Assembly (NCBI GenBank): GCA_049582005.1
Contig: JBAUTB010000222.1
Coordinates: 682-64,681, forward strand
Direction: 5' to 3'
Source: Gloeobacterales cyanobacterium
GTDB taxonomy: Bacteria; Cyanobacteriota; Cyanobacteriia; Gloeobacterales; PMM-0068
Length of the DNA: 64,000 nt
The notes under the pieces were generated by a model. It saw only the letters and a list, made by a program, of their open reading frames with translations. It did no database searches and had not been told where the DNA came from. Positions within the stretch are counted from its first letter, which is position 1, and each line of letters begins with the position of its first letter. Shown piece by piece: positions 20,229-28,523 of the stretch. A program made the translations under genes and the position numbers.

Positions 20229-21638
20229 ATGACTAAACCCAGTATCGGTCTGATTGGTTTGGCCGTGATGGGAGAGAACCTGGCCTTAAATATTGAGAGC
20301 AGGGGCTTTCCGATTGCAGTTTATAACCGAACCACTTCCGTCACGGAGAAATTTTTAGCCACCCGTGCTAAGGATAAACAATTCTACGGGGCCTCGACCT
20401 TGGAAGAATTTGTCCAGAGCATGGAAACGCCTCGCAAAATCATCATCCTGGTCAAAGCCGGCGCTCCGGTAGATGCGGTGATTGATCAGCTCAAGCCGCT
20501 TTTGAGTCCTGGGGACATCATTATCGATGGCGGTAACTCACTCTATGAGGATACCGAGCGGCGGGCCGTTGCTATAGAAGCCTCTGGATTGCGATTCATG
20601 GGTATGGGTGTTAGCGGTGGGGAAGAAGGGGCACTCCATGGTCCTAGTTTGATGCCTGGAGGTCCCAAAGAAGGCTATGAAGAGATGGCCCCCATTCTCA
20701 CCAAGATTGCGGCTCAAGTAGATGATGGTCCCTGCGTGACCTACATAGGACCCCGTGGCGCTGGTCACTACGTGAAGATGGTCCACAACGGCATTGAGTA
20801 TGGAGACATGCAGCTCATTGCCGAAGCCTATGATCTGCTGAGAAGAGTCTTGGGCCTTACTGCAGCAGAATTGCACGAAGTCTTCTCCGAATGGAATAAG
20901 ACCGAGCTGGAATCCTATCTCATCGAAATCACCGCCGATATTTTCACCAAGATCGATGACCAGACTGGAAAGCCCTTGGTTGACCTGGTTCTGGATAAAG
21001 CGGCCCAGAAAGGGACCGGCAAGTGGACCATCATGTCGGCCTTGGATCTAGGCGTTCCGATCCCAACCATAGATGCAGCGGTGAATGCCCGAATCTTATC
21101 TTCCCAAAAAGATCAGCGAGTAGCAGCGTCCACTGTGCTCAAAGGCCTGGAAGCAAGCTTCACGGGGGATCGCCAGATATTTATTAATGCTGTACGTGAT
21201 GCCCTCTATTGTTCGAAAATCTGCTCCTATGCTCAGGGAATGGCTCTGATCAAAGCGGCTTCCGATTCTTTTGAGTACAATCTAAATTTGGGAGAAATCG
21301 CCCGCATCTGGAAAGGTGGATGCATCATCCGGGCAGGCTTCCTGGACAAGATCAAGCTAGCCTTCCAGAAGAACCCTCAACTGGCCAACCTCCTTTTGGA
21401 TGATGGCTTCCGAGGGGATATCGAACAAAAGCAGAAAGGTTGGCGCTATGTCGTCGAAACCGCAGCGATCCACGGCGTACCGATCTATGCTCTGGGCGCT
21501 TCTCTATCCTATTTCGATGCCTACCGTCAGGCAAATCTACCTCAAAACCTGACCCAAGCTCAGCGAGACTATTTTGGTGCCCATACCTATGAACGCACCG
21601 ACCAACCAGGATCTTTCCACACGGAATGGGCGAAATAA
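20229..21638 (+). CDS. gnd: 6-phosphogluconate dehydrogenase, decarboxylating
   Basis: 469 aa. GLIGLAVMGENLALN Rossmann motif, plus GMGVSGGEEGA, HYVKMVHNGIEYGDMQLIAEAY and RDYFGAHTYER. Confidence 0.96.
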   Translation: MTKPSIGLIGLAVMGENLALNIESRGFPIAVYNRTTSVTEKFLATRAKDKQFYGASTLEEFVQSMETPRKIIILVKAGAPVDAVIDQLKPLLSPGDIIIDGGNSLYEDTERRAVAIEASGLRFMGMGVSGGEEGALHGPSLMPGGPKEGYEEMAPILTKIAAQVDDGPCVTYIGPRGAGHYVKMVHNGIEYGDMQLIAEAYDLLRRVLGLTAAELHEVFSEWNKTELESYLIEITADIFTKIDDQTGKPLVDLVLDKAAQKGTGKWTIMSALDLGVPIPTIDAAVNARILSSQKDQRVAASTVLKGLEASFTGDRQIFINAVRDALYCSKICSYAQGMALIKAASDSFEYNLNLGEIARIWKGGCIIRAGFLDKIKLAFQKNPQLANLLLDDGFRGDIEQKQKGWRYVVETAAIHGVPIYALGASLSYFDAYRQANLPQNLTQAQRDYFGAHTYERTDQPGSFHTEWAK

Positions 21639-21817
21639 GTCTTCCATTCTTGTTGCTTCTCGTTCCAAGAAATTGAATTAATGGAACTGATGAGTTACAA
21701 CGGCGGAAGATACCAATGGATCGATTGGCTTTCCTCGCGCCATCCGGCACGGCCTATTATTCCTTTTCTTCGGCACCGCCTAGAGCGGAGCACTCAAAAA
21801 AACTTAAGGAGTACCCT

Positions 21818-22405
21818 ATGTCCTTCGTCCTACCTCCTCTACCTTACGCAAAAACAGCGCTGGAACCCTACCTCACCGAGGAGAACCTCGACCTCCACTA
21901 CAGCAAGCACCACAATGCCTACGTAGTGAACCTCAATAAATTTATTGATGATGGGAAAGTCGATGGCAGCAAGACTTTAGAAGAAGTCATTCTGTCCTCT
22001 GACGGCCCTGTATTTAATAACGCTGCTCAGATTTGGAATCACACTTTCTACTGGAGCTCCCTGAAGCCTGGTGGGGGTGGTGAGCCGACAGGGGCTCTGG
22101 CCGATGCTATAAACCGTGACTTTGGCTCCTTTGCCAAGCTCAAAGAAGAGTTTACCAATGCCGCTGTCAGCCAGTTTGGCTCCGGCTGGGCTTGGTTGGT
22201 TGTAGAAAATGGAAAGCTCAAGGTCACCAAGACCAGCAACGCGGACCTCCCACTCAAGTATGGCCAAACAGCGCTTCTTACCTGTGATGTGTGGGAGCAC
22301 GCCTACTATCCCACCTATAAGAATCTTCGTCCTAAGTATGTCGAGACCTTCTTGAATAGCTTGGTTAACTGGGACTTTGCTGCGGAAAACTTAGCTAAGG
22401 CCTAA
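21818..22405 (+). CDS. sodB: Iron superoxide dismutase
   Basis: The conserved N-terminus MSFVLPPLPYAKTALEPY starts at the ATG at 21818, preceded by AAGGAG at 21806-21811. AAQIWNHTFYW and DVWEHAYY are Fe-type motifs. The track ORF's 34-codon upstream extension is probably not translated. Confidence 0.92.
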   Translation: MSFVLPPLPYAKTALEPYLTEENLDLHYSKHHNAYVVNLNKFIDDGKVDGSKTLEEVILSSDGPVFNNAAQIWNHTFYWSSLKPGGGGEPTGALADAINRDFGSFAKLKEEFTNAAVSQFGSGWAWLVVENGKLKVTKTSNADLPLKYGQTALLTCDVWEHAYYPTYKNLRPKYVETFLNSLVNWDFAAENLAKA

Positions 22406-22453
22406 TCAGGGCCGTTACACTAGCCAGGTTAAAGCTTAAGTCGCCTATCCATG

Positions 22454-22490
22454 AATACCCCCTAATTTTAAGGGGGTATTTCTTGATTTT
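22454..22490 (+). terminator. Rho-independent terminator after sodB
   Basis: Perfect 10-bp stem AATACCCCCT (22454-22463) / AGGGGGTATT (22471-22480) with a 7-nt loop, followed by the T-rich TCTTGATTTT. Confidence 0.8.
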
Positions 22491-22713
22491 CGATTGCTGC
22501 TCTTTGTGCGACGTTACGTTCCCCTATAATTCCAAGAGTTTCTTACTCGGCCTCTTCACTTAGCGTTCGACTACTCGGTCTGCTTACCTAGCGTGTCACT
22601 ACCGACGACGATCAAGGGCTTCATGCGGTAAAACTATGTAGAGCAGACCTGTTAACCTAGCAAAGCATTAAGGAACTATAAAAAATCAGCGCTAAAGTTT
22701 TATCTCTCCTCTC

Positions 22714-24228
22714 ATGAACTCTTTCTCTCCCCTCCGATCTACTCGTGTATTCCTTCGGGAACAGGTGCTAGATGAACGATTGATTCTCTCTTTGCGGAAT
22801 ATGCTCGGGGAGTCTCTGAGAGATATTGTTCCATTGAATTATGTCGCTCCTACTTTATATTTGGGGCACTTTAACCCTATAGACCCTACCGTACAGGCTA
22901 CCTTAAGCCAAAAACTGAAGAGCCCTCTGGAATGGGTCCTGCTGGATGCGGAGGATTATGCATTTTGGCAAGAATATTGCCGTGAGCACATCAAGGACTT
23001 TGAAGATGCCGCTCCTCTGCGGCCAGCCCCACCATCTAAAGTCATGACCACGGTGGGTGCAGACTTAGATGAACGGCAGATCTCTGAGCAGGTTCGCCAA
23101 CTTATCCTGGATGCTCTGGAGTGCCGAGCTTCTGACATTCACTTTGAACCAATGCCCCAGGGGTTGTTGGTGCGTTTCCGTATAGATGGTCTACTCAAAG
23201 AAGTAGCGTTGATGTCTCCTGCCTTAAGTAAGGTGGTGCTAGCACGGGTAAAAGTTCTGGCAGAGCTAGATATAGCAAACCAGCGAACGCCCCAGGATGG
23301 TCGCTCTACAGAATATTTTGGACAAGTGGAAGTAGACCTACGGGTAAGCACCCTGCCTTGTTTACATGGGGAAAAAGCCGTTATCCGTCTTTTACCAAAA
23401 ACTCAATCTTTCCAAATTGAAGAAGTAGGCTTTTCCTTTGACCAACTGAAGCGATTCCGTTCATGGTTGGGCTATAGCCAGGGGCTGGTCTTGATCACAG
23501 GGCCTACGGGTTCAGGAAAAACCAGTACCCTCTACGCTGGCTTGATGAATGTACTCACGCCCACAAAAAACATCGTTACCATTGAAGATCCGATTGAGTA
23601 TCAACTTTCCTCGGTCAATCAGGTCCAGGTGAATCCGAAGGCTGGTTTGACGTTTGCTTCGGGATTGCGGTCTATCTTGCGTCAAGATCCAGATGTGATC
23701 ATGGTGGGGGAAATCCGAGATTTAGAAACGGCCCAGACGGTCTTTCAAGCTGCAGTGACGGGCCACTTGGTCCTGAGTACGCTGCACACCAATGATGCCC
23801 CGAGCACCATTAATCGTCTGTTGGACATGGGAATTGAACCCTATTTGGTGGCTGCTTCTTTGCTGGGGGTGGTAGCGCAGCGTTTGGTTCGGAAGGTCTG
23901 TCCCCATTGCTGTCAGGAATATGAGCCAAAACCTACGGATATTCGCCGTTTAAATGTCGAAAAGGTCCCTCCCGCTACCCGTTGGCAAAAACCGATGGGT
24001 TGTGATCTGTGCAATCATATGGGCTACCTCGGTCGAGAGGGAATCTTTGAAATGATGCCTGTAGACGGGCCTTTGAGACAGATGATCCGTGACCGTGCCA
24101 GTGAGCAACAAATGCGTGTCCATCTGGAACAAAACTTGGGAGAGCGCTCTCTTAACCAATCAGCGGTACAAAAAGTAATGGAAGGGAAAACTTCTATTGA
24201 AGAAGTTCTCAGGGTGGTAACTATCTGA
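22714..24228 (+). CDS. GspE/PilB-family secretion ATPase (T2SS/T4P assembly-ATPase type)
   Basis: 504 aa. Walker A GPTGSGKTST, Asp box IVTIEDPIEYQL, Walker B DPDVIMVGEIRD, His box LVLSTLHTNDA. The tetracysteine CPHCC...CDLC is typical of GspE/PilB-like rather than PilT-like ATPases. The N-terminal region of about 130 aa resembles T2SSE_N. Confidence 0.88.
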   Translation: MNSFSPLRSTRVFLREQVLDERLILSLRNMLGESLRDIVPLNYVAPTLYLGHFNPIDPTVQATLSQKLKSPLEWVLLDAEDYAFWQEYCREHIKDFEDAAPLRPAPPSKVMTTVGADLDERQISEQVRQLILDALECRASDIHFEPMPQGLLVRFRIDGLLKEVALMSPALSKVVLARVKVLAELDIANQRTPQDGRSTEYFGQVEVDLRVSTLPCLHGEKAVIRLLPKTQSFQIEEVGFSFDQLKRFRSWLGYSQGLVLITGPTGSGKTSTLYAGLMNVLTPTKNIVTIEDPIEYQLSSVNQVQVNPKAGLTFASGLRSILRQDPDVIMVGEIRDLETAQTVFQAAVTGHLVLSTLHTNDAPSTINRLLDMGIEPYLVAASLLGVVAQRLVRKVCPHCCQEYEPKPTDIRRLNVEKVPPATRWQKPMGCDLCNHMGYLGREGIFEMMPVDGPLRQMIRDRASEQQMRVHLEQNLGERSLNQSAVQKVMEGKTSIEEVLRVVTI

Positions 24229-24231
24229 ATC

Positions 24232-25338
24232 ATGACCCAGCCCTTCCCCACAGAAGACCCTAAGCTACCCCTCGCTCCGTGGGAAGAGTCGTCCCTAGGC
24301 GACGATTTTGACGTATCAAAGACTCACGGAGCAGAGGTCTTCTACTTGGGAGACGAGGCCGACGAACAGCCCCCCCATCCTCAACCACCCGACCAAGAAG
24401 TAGAGGCTGGTTTCCCTTGGCAATCCAGCAGTCTATCCAATCAAAGAACAACATCGTCAAAGCCTCTCCCTTGGGAGGTCAAAGATATATCTTCTATATC
24501 TTCTGGGCAATCATATCAGACCCAGCCCCGCCCCCAGGTTCCTCCCGTTAGTCCCTCTCGACCGAGTCCTCCAAAAAATTTGCTGCAGCCCAAAAAATTC
24601 ACCTCTGACATCTGGCAGAATGTTCCTATATCGGGCTATGTTACTGCGGCAGCTGTCTTGGTTTTGGGAATGGGAGTGGTGTGGACAGCCAATGGTCTTT
24701 CCAAGGATTCAACAGTCAATGTGCCGCAAAGTGCCATTGTGGCAAAGAATAGTACCGTCGGAGCGGACGGAGGAACTTCTAGCGCATCCATACCCGTGCG
24801 TCCCCTGCGGTCTCGGGTCGTACCCGGTTCATCCTCCAATGAGGCCTCTAAGCCTGGATATATGCCAGAGGCTACTCCTGCGAGGCCAATGGCTCCGCTC
24901 CTGAATGGAAGCGTAAATTCATCGGATTCCACTTCCTCGGGCGAAACCAGTTCTGAATCTTCAACTGAATCCATGTATCTGTCTCCGCTAGCGGCTAGTT
25001 CTGCAGAGGCCGGAGCAGAGGGTGGGCCCCAAAATCCTTTTGCGCCTGCTTATCCTGCGCCAAAGCCTGCGGAGGAACCAAAACCGACCCTAACACCCCC
25101 TCCTGTAAGGCCTTTACCCTTGCCTCCCCCGCCCAAAGTGCTACCAGCGGTCCTTTCTCTAGAGGGAGTCGCTACGGATGGAAAGACAAAATTAGCGATT
25201 GTGCGGGTTGGGGATCAGCCCCTCACCGCAGAGGTGCAAGTTGGTACAACAATAGAAGGCTGGACGGTCACCGCTATCAAGGACCAGACCGTTACCCTCC
25301 GCAAATATAAACAACAACAGGTGCTCCGGCTGCCATGA
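24232..25338 (+). CDS. Bitopic Pro/Ser-rich protein with a C-terminal GspC/PilP-like (HR) domain
   Basis: 368 aa, starting 3 nt after the ATPase stop. Acidic, Pro-rich N-terminal region of about 130 aa. One TM segment (ISGYVTAAAVLVLGMGVVW). A low-complexity S/P/A linker of about 170 aa. The last ~70 aa (LSLEGVATDGKTKLAIVRVGDQPLTAEVQVGTTIEGWTVTAIKDQTVTLRKYKQQQVLRL) fit the GspC-HR/PilP pattern (L.G......A.I.....Y.VG..I.G..V..I....V.L). Confidence 0.6.
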   Translation: MTQPFPTEDPKLPLAPWEESSLGDDFDVSKTHGAEVFYLGDEADEQPPHPQPPDQEVEAGFPWQSSSLSNQRTTSSKPLPWEVKDISSISSGQSYQTQPRPQVPPVSPSRPSPPKNLLQPKKFTSDIWQNVPISGYVTAAAVLVLGMGVVWTANGLSKDSTVNVPQSAIVAKNSTVGADGGTSSASIPVRPLRSRVVPGSSSNEASKPGYMPEATPARPMAPLLNGSVNSSDSTSSGETSSESSTESMYLSPLAASSAEAGAEGGPQNPFAPAYPAPKPAEEPKPTLTPPPVRPLPLPPPPKVLPAVLSLEGVATDGKTKLAIVRVGDQPLTAEVQVGTTIEGWTVTAIKDQTVTLRKYKQQQVLRLP

Positions 25339-27317
25339 ACAAGAAAATGCTCAGTTCTGCCTTGACTGTTTTAGGGATACTGCTTTCTACTCAGCTTCCC
25401 CTCCTGGCAGCTCCTGTCCTCACTCAATTGAATCCCACCGCTAATGGCTTGGAATTATCCGCCAATGAGTCACTGGGCTATCGCGTCCTCAAGCAAGATG
25501 CCAAACAGGTCGTTGTGCTCTTACCTGGAGCAAAGTTAGGTTCTCTCAGCCCTCAATACACGGCGAATGTAGGTCAGGTCAACCTAGCAGAGAATGCCCA
25601 AGGGGTCCAAATGACCGTGGATTTTGCCAATAATGGATTGGCTTATGTCTTTCGTATGAACAAACAGAATTCTGCGCTTGTGTTGGAGTCGATTAAGCCT
25701 GCTGAAGCGATCGCAAAATCTTTGAATAATCCCTCTCTATCCGTACAGCCCGTCTCTTCCCCATCTTCTAATGCTGGCCCACGGGTCAATCTCAAGGTGC
25801 GAGATGGAGAAGTGCGGGACGCCTTAACCCTACTGAGCCGAGTTTCTAAAACCAGTATCGTCACCAACCAGGAAGTAAAAGGAAAAGTTACGCTGAACTT
25901 AGAAAACACCACCTTTGATGAAGCCCTAAAATCTTTGACGAGCGCTGCAGGCCTCCGCACCGAAAAAGTAGGGAATGTTTTCGTGGTCAGCCAGCCTGCT
26001 TCCCAGCAGCCTAACGCCTCTGGAGGTGGCGGGAATAGCCCTAATCCCTTGCGATCTTTGAATCCTAAAGAATTTCAAGGAGATCCTGGACGCCGATTGG
26101 TTTCGGTTATTGCTAATTCCACGCCTCTGAATGTAGCCCTACAAGAAATGGCTAACCAGGTAGGGGTGGATATTGTCATTAATGGGGAGTTGACAGAACC
26201 CGTGACAGCCCGCTTAGTTTCTAGACCCTTCGAAGATGCCTTAAAGCAACTGTTGCTCGGTACTAACTTTGGTTTCATCCGCGATGGAGATACCTATCGA
26301 GTCGGAGATGCTACCCCTGGTTCACCTGCAGCTCGTAATTTTGACGATGTGCAAGTGATCAAGCTAGCCTATAGCGATGCAAAAGATGTCTTGGCGGCTC
26401 TTCCTCCTGATACCCGTGCTCAAGGGATTAAGGTAGATGCTGCCCGTAATGCCTTGATTGTCTCAGGACCCTCTAATTTCCAGGCAAGTATCAAACGTTT
26501 TGTGCAAACGGTAGACACTCCGATTCAGCAAGTCAGTTTCTCTGTCAAAGCTTTTCAGTTGGACGAGGGGGGCAGTAGGGAATTTGATGTTCTAAAAGGG
26601 GCCGATCCAAGCCTAGGAGCCATAGCTACTGCTAATGCTACAAATCCTATCAGTTTGGCAGGTGCAATTGCGGGAACTAATGTTGCCATGTATAACAACA
26701 TCGCTCTTTCATTAAGCATTATTAATGGACTTATCAATGAGAATAAGGGGAGAGTTTTAACGGATACAAAATTGACCACTATGAGTGGGCAGAAAGCTTC
26801 CATAGATGTGAGTCAAGACATCAATGTACGGATCACGACGCCCATCAATACGGGGGGTACTTCAACAATCAGTAGTCAGTTCCAGACCATTCGTGCAGGT
26901 AATGTGATCGAAATTGAACCTGTGATTCGCGCAGACGGAAAAGTGTTTGCTTCTATATCCGTTGAAGCCTCTGTCCCTGTGAGAAAAACCATTTTGCCCG
27001 ATGTGGCTCCTGATATTAACCGTAGAAAAGTAACGAATAAGTTGATTCTTGAAGATGGACAGACCTTAGAAATTGGTGGTTTGATTCAGGAGACTATTAC
27101 AGAGACCAAACGACGTTTGCCCCTTTTTGGATATTTGCCGCTAGTCGGAGAGTTCTTCAGCGATACGGGAGAAGACAAGACCACTAATCAGCTCTTGGTT
27201 TTTATCACTCCCTACCTCAGCCGGGCTCCTCAAGCTTCCGTCCCCACCCTGGATCCAGCCCCTAAACGGCCTTCTGCGCCTGGTATTTCGCTTCCCTCGC
27301 AATCAGGAGTGCGGTAA
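25335..27317 (+). CDS. Outer-membrane secretin (GspD/PilQ family)
   Basis: 660 aa. The start overlaps the upstream stop (ATGA at 25335-25338). Signal peptide, then an AMIN-like N-terminal domain. Next come two STN/N0-like modules, both fitting ...IV.N.E....VT..L....F.DALK.L, then an N1-like module (VQVIKLAYSDAKDVLAAL...). The C-terminal secretin signature is RRLPLFGYLPLVGEFF...NQLLVFITPYL. Confidence 0.88.
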   Translation: MNKKMLSSALTVLGILLSTQLPLLAAPVLTQLNPTANGLELSANESLGYRVLKQDAKQVVVLLPGAKLGSLSPQYTANVGQVNLAENAQGVQMTVDFANNGLAYVFRMNKQNSALVLESIKPAEAIAKSLNNPSLSVQPVSSPSSNAGPRVNLKVRDGEVRDALTLLSRVSKTSIVTNQEVKGKVTLNLENTTFDEALKSLTSAAGLRTEKVGNVFVVSQPASQQPNASGGGGNSPNPLRSLNPKEFQGDPGRRLVSVIANSTPLNVALQEMANQVGVDIVINGELTEPVTARLVSRPFEDALKQLLLGTNFGFIRDGDTYRVGDATPGSPAARNFDDVQVIKLAYSDAKDVLAALPPDTRAQGIKVDAARNALIVSGPSNFQASIKRFVQTVDTPIQQVSFSVKAFQLDEGGSREFDVLKGADPSLGAIATANATNPISLAGAIAGTNVAMYNNIALSLSIINGLINENKGRVLTDTKLTTMSGQKASIDVSQDINVRITTPINTGGTSTISSQFQTIRAGNVIEIEPVIRADGKVFASISVEASVPVRKTILPDVAPDINRRKVTNKLILEDGQTLEIGGLIQETITETKRRLPLFGYLPLVGEFFSDTGEDKTTNQLLVFITPYLSRAPQASVPTLDPAPKRPSAPGISLPSQSGVR

Positions 27318-27333
27318 CAACCTACGGCTCAAC

Positions 27334-28059
27334 CTAATTAGCCGCCGTACTTGGGGCATTTTCTCCAATATGCTGCTGGATGGCGTAGGCTTGCATCCCC
27401 TGGAGCACCGCAAGCTCTGAAAATGCCTCTGTTAGTTTTGCGTGGGCTTCATCGCTCACGCTTGCTTCGATTCGTTTCATCAGGTCAGTTACCCGTTCTC
27501 CCTGCGCTTGAATCTCCTCTGGGTCAATCCGGCCATCAGCAATAGCCCGTTGCCACGATTCCATACGCTGGAAAAATTGAGCTGAATACACTTCGTTGGT
27601 CTCTTCGTTAAACCAACTGGTAGGCAACTCTACTGGAGTCGAAGGCGTAGGAGCGACTTGTTCCGTCGAAGTACTGCCGGTGGGCAAAGCCGACTCGATG
27701 ACTTTCCAGACTTCCTGATCGAGCTGGTATTGTTCCCACGTACCCCAGGCTGCCGGTAAGACTAGAGGCAAAAAGAGCAACAAGCCAATGCCTGCCACAA
27801 TCAGTTTATCGGCCCAGGCTCCTGCTCCGATCTTGACTTCGAGGGATTGGTCAGCCAGGGGCTTAATTTGGATGGTCAAAGCAGCGGCAAGACCAACGGC
27901 CACGCGCCAAATATCATCTCGGTAGCCTTGAATCACCAAGCTGCCATCCGGCAAACGAAGCAGCTGCGTTTCATATTCATGGCCCACAAACCAAAGCCGC
28001 ATTTTCTCCGCCAGATCTTGAGCCGTCAGCCCTGGGGCGTAGTAAGTTCTTGTTTGCAT
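27334..28059 (-). CDS. Hypothetical protein: fusion of a membrane-anchored N-domain and a helical C-domain (paralogs of the two upstream genes)
   Basis: 241 aa. Residues ~1-125 align without gaps to the 147-aa ORF (WF....ETQ.L..P....IQG..D......GL.AALT......L.V.IGA..W.DK...LF.P...A.G.W.Q..L....W..I...LP). Residues ~148-225 align to the 109-aa ORF (SWF....Y...FQRM.SWQ.AIADG.I.PEEI..Q...V..L...E..VSD.....TE...E.AVLQ.MQA). No family recognised. Confidence 0.7.
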   Translation of the reverse strand: MQTRTYYAPGLTAQDLAEKMRLWFVGHEYETQLLRLPDGSLVIQGYRDDIWRVAVGLAAALTIQIKPLADQSLEVKIGAGAWADKLIVAGIGLLLFLPLVLPAAWGTWEQYQLDQEVWKVIESALPTGSTSTEQVAPTPSTPVELPTSWFNEETNEVYSAQFFQRMESWQRAIADGRIDPEEIQAQGERVTDLMKRIEASVSDEAHAKLTEAFSELAVLQGMQAYAIQQHIGENAPSTAAN

Positions 28060-28070
28060 AGCAATTCTCC

Positions 28071-28514
28071 TCAGGGCGTTAACTTAACAGACTGGAAAGG
28101 TGGGGTAGGAACTTGGACTGCCACCTCGACGGCACCCGGTAGCCGTTTGGAGATGTATGTCCAGAGTTTGTCTTCGAGATTATCCTGCTGCCAAACCCCA
28201 TAGGCGGCGGTAAAAGCGAAGGGAGCGAACAAGAAGACGCCTGCAAAGCCTGCTAAATATTTATCTACCCAACTACTGGCTCCGATGGAAACGGTCAACG
28301 CTCCATCGGCCTGAGTCCCCACGGTGACGGTAAGTGCCGCCGAAAGCCCAAAGAAAAAGCGGATAAGATTGTCTTTGCGCCCTTGAATGATGAAGGTATT
28401 TTCAGGACCGACAAGGGTTTGGGTTTCGAAGTCTTCGGAACGAAACCATGACTCAATGGAAGTGGCCAGATATTGGGGCGAAGTATCTGGAATTTGATAG
28501 GCTTTGACTTTCAT
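28071..28514 (-). CDS. Hypothetical membrane-anchored protein, paralog of the N-domain of 27334-28059
   Basis: 147 aa. One hydrophobic segment (LAGFAGVFLFAPFAFTAAYGVW). An 11-nt gap to the downstream gene and a 9-nt gap to the upstream gene on the same strand. Confidence 0.7.
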   Translation of the reverse strand: MKVKAYQIPDTSPQYLATSIESWFRSEDFETQTLVGPENTFIIQGRKDNLIRFFFGLSAALTVTVGTQADGALTVSIGASSWVDKYLAGFAGVFLFAPFAFTAAYGVWQQDNLEDKLWTYISKRLPGAVEVAVQVPTPPFQSVKLTP

Positions 28515-28523
28515 GATGATTCC

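Noticed and set aside
21716-21817. N-terminal extensions drawn by the ORF track for sodB (34 codons), and similarly for psaA, radA, ruvA, chlG, tsaB, the ABC ATPase and the rhodanese gene.
   Set aside because: In each case the conserved family N-terminus begins at an internal Met. For sodB, psaA and mgtE that Met has a good SD. The upstream extension overlaps a neighbouring gene or lacks any conserved sequence.
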